Shown: piece by piece, positions 26,201 to 38,200 of the stretch | Numbering within the stretch: the stretch's first letter is position 1 | Layout: every line of letters starts with the position of its first letter | Assembly: GCA_002633005.1 (NCBI GenBank) | Contig: NMRA01000007.1 | Location: 305,461 to 369,460, forward strand | Origin: Phoronis australis | Taxonomy: Eukaryota > Animalia > Phoronida | Direction of reading: 5' to 3' | Length of the DNA stretch: 64,000 nt | Program-made: the position numbers and the translations under genes | The notes under the pieces: generated by a model | What the model saw: the letters and a program-made list of their open reading frames with translations, nothing else | Told to the model about the DNA's origin: nothing | Database searches by the model: none

Positions 26201-29200
26201 GAGGAGAGCATTGATGACATGCTTTGAGCCCTCTACAGGCTATTTTAAGTATTACTGACCATGTTTAACGTAATGATCATCCCTTGTATCTGCGCCCTAT
26301 GAAATGCATACAGTGGATGCAAATCATTGCTCCTCCTTGCTGTTGTTCATCACTATGACATTATTTGGGTACATATTGGGTTGGACCAGGTATTGCATAT
26401 GTATGGATTTGAATCGTTGTGTTTTGATCCCAGTTGTACTCCCATAGATAATGTGTTGGGGATGTGCTGCTCAGATTAGTGACAAGTTTACTGGTATTGC
26501 TCCCTCTAGTGGGATTGTCTACAGTAATGATCATACCTTGTGGCTGTGCTGTATGTGATGAACTGCATTTAAAACACGACTAAATTTTTTGTTTGAAAGC
26601 TTGATACACTACTAGCAACTCTGTATCAAGCTTTCAAACCAAAAGTTTAGTCGTGTTTTCAACGACGTTTGTGTTAACGGAGGGATGTTACCAAACTATA
26701 CCGTATGTGATGAATGCATGCGTGTCAACGCTCTGCACTGCTCTTGCTTGTAAAGTAGTTATCTTTAATTTCATCTGTTCGTAGGGCGTGTGAATCTCAA
26801 TTCATTTACGAGCAATCCCACTCACAACATACCTGCCAGAAGATCACCTCAACAACTTGCTTCAGCAGCTGATGAACACAGTCATCTGTCTCAGCTTAAT
26901 CTCAAGAATCCATTCACAAACTTCATTGACAAAGTCATTAAAAATCCAGTCTTTCAACATACTAGCGAGGCACCAAGGTTAGAGCGTGAGGATGACTTGA
27001 AGAAACCTGTTGCTGTTTATCCTAAAAAAGAGACTGAGGCTGAAGCCAAACCAGAAGAACTTCCACCAATTGTGCAGCTGAACATGTCTGATATTGCACC
27101 ACTAGAGGTCTCTGATGAGCACAAACCTCAGCTGGAAGAGCAGATTAAAGACTCGAATGGAATTTTTAGGACTGAAGATAAGATGGGGAATGGTTCGCAT
27201 GTTATTAGTATTAGTGTGTCTGAGTGTGTTGGAGAAGGAAAGGAAGCTGTATTTGAAGAAAGATGTGAGCCTCAAGACTCTCCTGAGGTCAGAACTGGGG
27301 CTACTCAGGTAAAGAATCAGCAATTGAAAAATCAACTGATTTCTGCACAATTCAGCAATGGCTCTGGAGCTAAGGGCGAGGTGAAGAGTCGTGAGGCTGT
27401 TCTACAAGAGATTAGTTTGCAGCAGTATGATGACAATATAGTGTTTGCCGCATCTGTGAAACCTAAAAAGACAAAGAAGAAGAAGAGAGGTTTGTAGTCA
27501 GTCGATACAGTATAGGGACGTCCCAGATTACAAAGCAGCACTCAAACATTGCTGTGTTTACCCACAATGCTGCAATATCCGCCGGGCGCTTTTGTACCCT
27601 AACGTTTTTTGCACCACTGGAGTTCTACATGTTCTTTGTTGTATCTTTAAAAGTTTTCCTTGGCTGCATTTCTCTAACCATCCATTTAATTCCAGCTGTT
27701 GTGCTGTGAACTGGATAAACTTGAACATTATCAGTTTTTTGCCTTCCCGACATCATTCAGGGACAAGAAAATGTAAAGCTAGTGGATAAAACAAGTCTCT
27801 CAGGTTAATTTTGAATGGAAAAGAGCGCTCTTTCTTAAAGATTCCCTTTCAGTTCCGGTGTTTTTGATTGGTTGGTTGAAATCATGAAATTTACACAGGC
27901 ATACACCTTGACAATTTCTGATATGACCTATGAAAGTGTGCCTAACATTCCAAAACAAGGCACGTGCTTTCTTATCTCCAGGACAAAGGAGATTTGTTTA
28001 TTGCCATGTAGTCCGGAACGACCCTGGCAGAGATTGGAAATCAATCTAGCTACAATTTTGGTGTGTTTTAGTTAAGACAATTACAACTAGTGCAATATTG
28101 ATAGTTATTGCGTATGTTTGGTTCCCACTAGGCAGGTAATGTAATTAGATGCTTTTCATAAATTTCATTTGTATTTTCATCTCAGCAGTTGGATTTTATT
28201 GTGTTGTATTGTGTGTTTTGTTTTTTATTCAGTTGCTGTGAACCATCAGGATTCTGACAGTGTTGCATCAGGTGACACAGACAGTGTGTCACAGACAAGC
28301 GGCATAAGTCCCATGCGCAGTCCAGCGTACAGCCCTCGACCAATGAGTCCACTGCACGAGTCTCGGGAAACGTCAGGTGATCAGTGTCAGTCTGTTGTCG
28401 AGGATGACTTGTACTCAATGCTGATTTTACCTGAGAGACTGCAGACAAAGGTTGAACAGCTTGATGATAAGGCAGATGACAATTCAAGGGGAGATAACCC
28501 TGCGTGTAATACATCCACTTTGGGTGAAACCGCTGCCAAAAATGGCAATGCTCAAGTACCACCAAAGGAGACAAATAGAAAACTTGACGTTCCTAATCAA
28601 CTCCCACGCAAAACTTATTTGTCTGCTTTTGTGGATCACTTTGATTCAGCGGTGAGCAGTATTATTTCTCACAAGCAAGTTTCACAGTTGGATGCGGATT
28701 TAGTGCCAGTCATAGCGAAAAAGTGTAACAACAGTTCTCTTAGGTCGTCTCAGTCTGACAAGAGTAGAGAAAACACACCTGAGAAAGACCTAGAGTTTTT
28801 GCCAATCAATCAAGTTAAGTTATCCAACGAGGAAAAGCTTCTGCAAACATTATTGACGTCTGATGACGAGGAGTGCAATGAAACTAAACCGGATGTTACA
28901 TCGTCAGAAGTGAAAAGTATTTCAGAGGAAGAAGACTTATTTGAAAATAATCCATTGGCCAATTCAGAGGCGTCAGTTGAAAGACAGGAATCTTGGGATT
29001 TTGACATTTACGGTACACGCACAATATCAGAAAGCAGTCTCGAAGAAAATGCCATTCTTACACCGGAAGTGAAAGAGGCACCTGAAGTTGAAGTGGTGGA
29101 GGAAAGTAGTGATTCGGCGAAGATCTCTGCATTGCTGCATTCCAAGTACAGTTCATCAAGAGGTCAGTCTTTAAGGACTGATGATCAACTCAGCTCTAGC

Positions 29201-32200
29201 AATGGTAGAGGTGAGGTAGCAAGTTCAGACAGTGAAGAAGTGCCATGTCTATGGCCTAAAGTGTCTGAGAGCTGGATGGCTTACTCGACTAGTGGCAATA
29301 TTCAGAGTCTGGCCATCTCTGCTACGCATGTCTGGTACGTAGATAAAAGTGAAAATGCTTATTGCAGCAAGCTGAGTGAACCGTCTGTGTCGTGGAAGAA
29401 AGTGGACCAACCAGCCAGCCAGTTGGTAGTGTCGCCATCTGGTAGCATCGTCTGGAGGCTCCACAAAAACTGCGTGTATGCTGGCTCGAAGATCACAAGC
29501 AAATACCCATGGGGTATGAAGTGGAATAGTTTTGCAACAGAGGTAGAAGTTATTGCACTCGATGACAAATGTGGCTGGTGAGTTGAGCTGTTAAGTCCCA
29601 CGCAGAAGTAATTAGGTCAAACCGAAGTCACAATGTCAAACTCAAATAAATCCACTTAGCGCTGATGAAGTGTCCTGTAGAAACGATTGATGAACGAACT
29701 CTGTGTGATCCAGGGTATTATCGTATGTAATCGGCAACGCTAACTCTCTCTATTGATAACCCAAACCAAGGGTTCTAAAAACTCAAACTAATGCCATGGT
29801 TTTCAAAGATGACACTGCACTTGGCTTTAACTTGTGCCTGTTTTAAATATCTTATACTTGTCTTTTGAATACCAGTGGACTTCATTGATTAATGGAAGTA
29901 AGACACACTGGGGACTACTGGGAAACATAGTGTGTTGAAGCACATTCATGAGTCCAGAAAATGAAAATCTAATTTTCTATTTTAGACTATAATTTGGGTC
30001 CATTGATCCACTATGATGTTTTCAGTCCTAATTAACTAAACAGAGATTTCCCTTTGCATTTGAGGAGTCTAAATGTGTTTATTAAGGAGGCAATTACCCT
30101 ACACTTTCTGTCAATATCCAACTTTTGATTTAGGCCAGTTACTGTAATAAAATCGTCCTCATCTTCTTCCTTGCTTAGATTAGAAATGATTTTTAGATTT
30201 GTCAAGAACTGACAGGTCTCTCAGTGCTCCTGGCCAGGCCCATTATTTTGTTTCCCATTGAGGATTAGTTTTAGTTGCTAAAGCCTTATAGCCGTCAGAG
30301 GAATTCCAGGAGATTTCGTGTTAGTAACTGATTTCATTTCAAGCGGAGGTTAAAAACGTGACGATGTTGCATGGTAAAGGCAAATGTGGCTGTGAAGAAA
30401 GCAACAATATTGTTTAAGGTACCTTTAAGGATGTTGTGTGTCTATGAAGAAAGCAACAATATTGTTTATGGTACCTTCAAGGATGTTGTGTGACTTTGAA
30501 TTTGATGTCGGCTTGTAGTATTTTTAGTTTTTGGTGATTCATGTGATCACAATGTGATTTGTGTGGAATGATATTTACAGGTATATTAAAAGTAACGGAG
30601 GTGTCATGTATCAGCCATCATTGTCTAAGGACAGGCCAACATACAGGTCACTTAGGCCTGTCGGACCAGAAGTACAGCTGATCAAAATAGCATGCGCACA
30701 TAATGTAGTGTGGGGTATCACTGAACAACATGAGCTTGTAGTCAGGCTCGGCATTACAAAGACAGTACCCGGAGGAACAAAGTGGACCAAACTAGAGCTC
30801 TCATCCAAGTAAGGCTATCTTTCAATTATTTTTTGTTTCCTCTCACCCTACCCTCTCTGCTTCAAGAAGGGTAGGTTGCTAGGAAAAATGTTTTGTGCAT
30901 TCTCTTCTCATTGTTAGTTTGGATCCTTTTTGTTGCAAAGATATTTTGTTTTTACAATTGGAAAAAGTACCTTTGTTAGATTGCAAGTGAAATTGTTTTG
31001 AGTCGCACTCACATATTAGTTGATTACGCGAGGGGAACAAACGCACTGTACAAGCCAAAAGTATTCAGACAAAATGAAACAGAATTCCTCATCATGACGG
31101 CGAGACAGAAGCGGAATTTGTCATCAACGTAGTCTTCCATTGTTACTAAGATGAAGGGGAATTAACGGGAAAGTTGGTGAAGTGGCTAAACCCTTTTGCA
31201 ATTAGAATTCCACCTCCCCCTAGTAGTTATTACCAGCCATTTTTGCTGTTATCAGAATAGGGCCGTTCCGGATTACATAGTGACACTCGAATCTCGCTGT
31301 ATTTACCCACAATGCCGTAAACATCCTTCAGGCACATTTGCTACCTCATTTTAGTGCCACCGGAGTTCCACATGTTATTTGTTCTCGTCTGATTCTTCAC
31401 AAGTTTTTCTCAGTTGCATTACTCTATTGGTCTTTCCTGTGCCAACGAAGTATTACTGCTGTGCAACTCCGACGTGAGAAAGTTTGATAAACTCAACAAA
31501 TGTTCAAGGATGCGTGATGTGAAATTCTTTGCCTTCCCGACATCATCGAGATACATGAAAATGTGCCTTATTACCAAAACGAGGTCACACGCTCTCTTAT
31601 CTCCAGGACAAAGGAAAGTTCTATAGCTGTGAAATCCGGGGCAGCCCTATAAACCATCATGATGGAAACATTATTTTGTGTGATTACTTGTGTCTTGTAC
31701 TGTTGTCCTAAACTAATCAGACCTGTTGCAGTATTTGCCTTACATTTCTAGTGACTTGCGGTCCATGAGCCCCACCTTCCAAAATTTCGGGGTTCTATTT
31801 CAAGGTCTGTCAGATTAGCGATGCCCAATTGGTCAGAATTAGTCCAAATATTGTATGGCTGTAGACAGACCTTGTTAACATATCATAAAATTGGCGTTTA
31901 CCGATTTTTGTGTAAAGAATTTTGAATTACACTAAGCTTGGTAATCATTGATGAAGTATATGTCCTTTGTCTAGCAATCTGGCTGTACTGCTGAGGTAAG
32001 ACAGAGTGTGAATTATTTATAGTTTCATTTGTGACATGATGTATGTAGTGTCTAACACAATTGTTGTTGATCCTTTGGTCTGTATAACTGCATGAAAATT
32101 TTGAGACATCCAGTTGAGAAAACAGATAAAGTTTGAGTCTAATACTGGAATAAAAGAAGCAGTTTAAGATTCGATTTGTCAAACGTATGGGATGGTCTTC

Positions 32201-35200
32201 TGACGTCAATGTCGTGTTGTCTGGTCAAAACGCCACCAACTGGTCAGAATAACGATGACATCACAAGCCAAGCTGAAGTCCGTGAGATGCGGACCCAACA
32301 AAGCTAAGTTTTGTAAGTTTTTGTTTCAATATTAGACTCAAACTTTATCCACTTTGGTCTGTGCTTACACATCTCTACAGAGATACAATGGACTGGGGAC
32401 TGCCGTCACGAATGCCCCCAATGTCCACGTTTTCAAACAGAAATACTGAGACTTTGTGCACAGTTCGAGACTGTAGGCCTCTGCTCATCATTATTTTACT
32501 CTATTTTATCTTATTTGTTCATCTAATTGTACATATTAACTAATAATGCTAATTTATTTTATGTATTAATATTTTCAATCTAATTGTACATTGCTCTCTG
32601 TATTTTACTTCATATAATTATTTCCGACTGGGCCCACGTGAAAATCTGTGTATTCACTGAAGTGGTCACCCAGTCTTTTAAAGAAGTTGAAATAAATAAT
32701 GATGTATTTCTGTCATAACAAGAGGTAATCTGAAAGCCAATGTTAGATACTTTTCCCTTTGTTTGATTGAGATAAATTTTCATTGCTTTTATTTGTTTCA
32801 TTTTCTTTAAATATTTCCTAATCATTAAAAATGTGAGACTGAGCATGCTTTTATAAGTCCAAATATCTACAACTTCAAACTAAGATAAAACATGTCCAGG
32901 TTGGTTCACTCTGTCAAAACACCGCATATGATCTCTATCTGTAGTCCAATTTTGGAAAACTTTAAGTGTTACTCGTTTTATTTTAAAATTTGGATTGTTC
33001 CTTTTAAATAACGCCAAATCAAAACAAACCAAGGCTTCTCCCTGTCACAAGGTGTGGAGCTGGCTCAACTCGTTCAGCTCACCAAAAACTACCAATAACT
33101 ACATGTTGTGGAAATCGATGACATTTGGTGTATCCACTCAAAAAAGTAGTTTGTCAAAGAACAATTTAAATCGAAGTTGAAAGCTTGTGAAACTTTAGAA
33201 AGAAAGTCAGCTGGAAATGTAACCTTAACTGGTGTTGAGGAAACGTTACTTACCTGGATTGTATAGGGAACATTAAAAAATGTACTACAGATGCATACCT
33301 GTTGGTGAGTGAATTTATGGAAATCTGGTTTAAAAATCGCCCAAAAGTGATAAGATGGTAGAACAGGGTAGAGTTCCGTAACTCTTTCGTGGCTTGAAAA
33401 ATCTTGTCAAAATGAAATATTCTCATTTAAAACAAGACAGCAATATGTTGTGTAATCTCACAGTCTTGCTTTTTAGCAAGGTCCTAGCGTAGGTCCCAGC
33501 ACTACTGAAGTCTACCCTGGCCGTTCACATTGTAAACTCAATAGATCAGCTGTCTGATTGACTTCTGATGGCATGTGAACGCTGTAATATATAAGTGATG
33601 AATTCTGGATTACAAGAATATTTATTTGATATTTTTAGTGGCGACAAATATATTCCAGTAGCTGACATTAGTATCGGAGATAACTCACTAGCTTGGGTTC
33701 TTGATAAATTAGGACGATTATGGTGCAAGACTGGTGTTACCATGGAAACACCTGAAGGCAGAGACTCTTGGTGGCAGGTATGTATTATGTAATGACTGGA
33801 TTTCTTATTCAAAGCTAAAATATTTGTTGAATTCTAAAATCTGTAATTTACTCATATGTACATAATTTGGATGGGATTCAGTTTGCATGTCATGGGAATT
33901 TTTATATTCAAATATTTGTTAAATTTGAAATTCTGGGATTCTCTCAAACAATTTTTATGGGGTTCGATCTATTTGAGGCAGTTCCAAATGAAACTCATTT
34001 AAAGTTCTCAATGGGTGAACTTGATTGTCTTCGCCGCATCAACCGGCTAAGATGCCAGATTAGCCTATAAGCCGGAAGTGGTCACTGAGAACCAAGTGAC
34101 AATTGCTCACGTGCTGGTTTACGGCTCATCTTGTAGCTTCATGTATTGTCATATTCATGGGAATGGTTAATATCTAGTATTTACTTGTGTGCCCTTATTT
34201 GTCTCGGTAATCTGTTTAATATCTGATTTGAAAAGCGTGTACTTAGTTAATTGTGTTCTAAATTTCTACGCATGACTGTAAATTTGTCCATGGCTGTCAA
34301 TTTTTTTTGTAAATAAAGAGTCAAGTAATACTATGGTAATTTAAGTTATTTCGCTTAATGACAGTTTTCATGTTTGTATTTTTCAGTCACCAAGTGATTA
34401 CTTCATTTTGACTAAAAATGTAAAAGTTTTCTTAATTTTTTCTTTTTATTGAAAATTTTGATGAAAATAAAACCCCACCTGTCTACGTCGTTGTGTGAGC
34501 AATAGATGAAGAATAACTGGGGCTGCAGTGACTTTAACATCAGCTACATCCAACTGTACTGTGAGATTTCATCCAATTAAGATGAAACCAAGTTATCTGA
34601 TTGGCTGATTTCAGAACTAGAACGACCGTACCGCCGAACTTTTTCTGATTTAACCAAAAGTCTCACTCATGCTCGTCCAAGTTAGGCGAGTTTTATTGTT
34701 AGCATTGATAATGGGCAACTTGAAATTCACGAGGTGTCACATATGAATCAGCAATTCATTTTGGCATACATACCTGAATTCAATTAATCACGTGTCCCTT
34801 GTCACACCCCCATCCTGACAGTCTGCTTTCTGCTCTTGGTCTATTAGAAGGTTGATTGAAAGGGACCTTTGTTCATTAGTGCCACCTAGTGTATACCGAC
34901 TCACCCATTAGCTTGAGTTTTTGAAAATGTTTAAAAGAATATTTTACAGTTGAAAACGAATATTAGAAAAGAACATACTGTGTTGGTGAAAACGAGAATT
35001 GCGGTAGAGGTATATGGTTGATGATGACCTCTCATGTTCCACAGGTATCTACCAGCGAGTACCTTATGCAGGACCAGGGTAGGGTGCAGGAGACCATCAC
35101 GGTGATGTCTGACATCACACAGAACCTGTCCAAACTGTTGCTAAGCACCCACGGTGGCCTTGTTGCTGCGGGTACGGCTGGCGTCTGGCTGTGTCCTGGC

Positions 35201-38200
35201 TTGAAGAACACTATACAAGCCTGTAGGGACAATCTGATCGGTGTGTAGCAGTGACAGTCACGTATTTTCATTTCAACTGAAAATGACAAGACAACGTGTT
35301 TGAAAATTATGAAGTGTGACAAACATTTGCAAACGATGTGGGCTATATTTTGACACTAGGGACAGAATTTGGCATCTCAGTCAACTTTATGTTTAGTTTT
35401 TACAGATTTTTTGCGACATGATATGGTTAGGCTTTTTCCTTCTTGTAAATGTAGTAACTATGGATTTAAAGATGATTTCAAGTGTCGCTCTGTCAAAGCA
35501 CTTTGAAGTTCATTTATAGTGCTGTTACCATGATTACTTGCAGGTCATCAGTGGTGCCTGTTTGCTCAACATGGCATGGCCTCATCGTCCAAGTGGAGTA
35601 TTGTGGATGCTTCAATAAATGATGGCAAACAAGGTAAAGAAACAAACTCACATTCAGGTGTCAATTTTGTTGCGTGCCCTGCCCCATTGGTCCACTGTGC
35701 ATTTGGTATACGTTTCTCTAAGTGACTTACATGTTTCAGGATCTGTGGGCAGAAGTGATCCATAGCAGTATTTTTTGTGAAGTGAGCCCTGATATGTCCG
35801 AAGGTCTCTGTAGGATGGGAATGTCGAAGAACGCCCATTAGACTGTCTAGCATTATATTATCACCATTCATACATTGAGAGCCTTTTTGCTATAATTAAT
35901 TTATCTGTCTAAGTGCCATGATAATGTGATTTACGTGAAGAACAGTTGCTATATTATGTTAAACTAATGTATCTTAATAGGGACTGTTAAGCATTCAACT
36001 AACAGATTTACTAAATGTGTTTTAGTTGTCTAACTTGAACAACACGTTTTCCACTCTAGGTGCAGTGTGGTTGGTTCATCCCAATGGGGAACTCTTTTGC
36101 TTCTCCCCAACCAACGCCTCATTTGTCAACGTTTCTCGTCCGCGAATCTCTTCATCCAAGAGAGTGGTGCATATCAGTTGCAGTGAAGAAGCCACCTGGG
36201 TCCTTATTGATGATGGCAGAGTGTTTATACGGGACGGTATTAACCACAGGTGTCCCGCGGGCACATCGTGGGTGCCGCTTGTCCTCGAGCAATTAGGTAA
36301 AGTATGGAGGTAAAACAGTGTTAATAGCTATTTTGGAAAAATTAATTTGTCCACTGTATCATAGCAACTGTGTCATAGCAACTGTGTCATAGCAACTGTG
36401 TCATAGCAACTGTGTCATAGCAACTGTGTCATAGCAATTGTGTCATTGCCCATAGTGCAGGTAATTATCCACTTATTTTGCACAAAAATGGTGTCCAAAA
36501 TTATTATTTTTCAGTAATTTCTTCAAACGCGGATAACCCTGCTGCAAATTAAGGAAACGGTGTCAAATGTTGTTTTATGAAATCTAGTGCCAACCGTGTT
36601 TAGTAATAGACAAAACAAATTTAATCATTATTATTATGGAGAAATTAACTAAAACTGTACTTCACATGTCAGCCATATTGTGTGTTAATGATTTCTGTAT
36701 GCTCTTCTGTGAGTGGACAAGACTGATGCACAGGCAAACCGGGTTACTACAAACTTGGTTTCATTGATTGATTGGTTGAGTATATTAGACTATACTCACA
36801 TGTAAAAGAATGACAGTGGAGATGAGGCATGATAAATAAAAGAAGCAGAAAAATGACAATACATGAACGCGTGAAGAACAACATGAGTTCCAGATAACAG
36901 CAAGAAATTAAACACTTATTTTGGTTATGGTTCCTTACAAATAATATAGAAATTAAAAAGAAGTAAAGACGGATGAAAACATTCAAAACACTGTTGACTA
37001 GGCGAAAATAACTAAATTTACTCTTAAATGGGTTGACTGCGTGTGCAAACATGCCTGTTTAATTTTTGTTTATTGTAATTTGGGCCAGAAATAAACAAAT
37101 ATATGACTTTGTGTTATATTTTAGTAGTGTCATATGGCATATCTATCACTACCTTGATTATCTCAATTACTACATAACCCAATGACCTCTTTTGTTTTTT
37201 TGATGAACTAACAAATTGTTGCTGTCAGCCAGTCCTTCATATGCTGATAACACAGCCTCACCTAGAGTATCATCTTCTTGAAGGTGATGCCCGCTTTGTG
37301 AACTTCTCGTGTGGCCTGCAGAATGTGTGGGCTGTGGACGCCCGTGGGACAGTCTACCTTCGTATTGGGGTCAAGGCTCCAGCTGTCCGCTACCTGAACC
37401 CCGTGTGGGTTCCCGTAGACCACCAGTTTACTGGACTATCTAGTCTGTTCACACAAGTGGCAACTGCACCCAATGATTCAATGGTGAGACTGGGCAAATA
37501 ATGAGATATAGAATGACACTATCACCTGTACATCTACACATGAAATGCGGAATTCTGTAGATGCCATGTAGCCCTCGTGAGGGCATAAGGGCATCGCAAT
37601 AGAACCTAAAGCCCTAATCTGATCGTCTTCAATATTTTTGATGTAAAACACTTTTTAAATTGATCTCAGATTTTATTTTTTAATATTAATATCGATTTGT
37701 AGGCTATGGAAGAAAGGACAGTCAATTCATAATTGGTGAAGAGTAAAACAGTTCATAGAAGTTTTAAGTTGTACGTTGTCATTTTCTGTGCCAAAAGCAG
37801 TGTTCAATTCAGCTGAACAGGGATCGGACCACTTATGTTCCCAAAGTATAGATAGAATATTAATTGGTGGTGTTGTTAACTCATTCTTTTTTCTGGAAGT
37901 GTGTTTATGCATACGTGCTGATAAACTAACTTTGTTTCAAGGTTTGGGCGATAGACTGCCGTAAAAATGTCTATGTTCGCCAAGGCATCAGTGAGACTAT
38001 GCCTATTGGTACAAGCTGGAAACATGTTCAGGGTAAGGTAACTGAGGTATCTTAAGTACCTCTGGCAATTTTGTAAAGATGCATTCATTTATCACTGATA
38101 CTTTTTGAGAAAGTAACCTTAGATATAGGCTTTTGATTGTGCTTAGATTTTACCCATATCTTTCTCAAACTTTTCTTCCTTCTGGTGCAACCAATGGAGA

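Noticed and set aside
29660-29700. Hammerhead-like CTGATGA..GAAAC
   Set aside because: Stem II cannot pair; at most a decayed relic.
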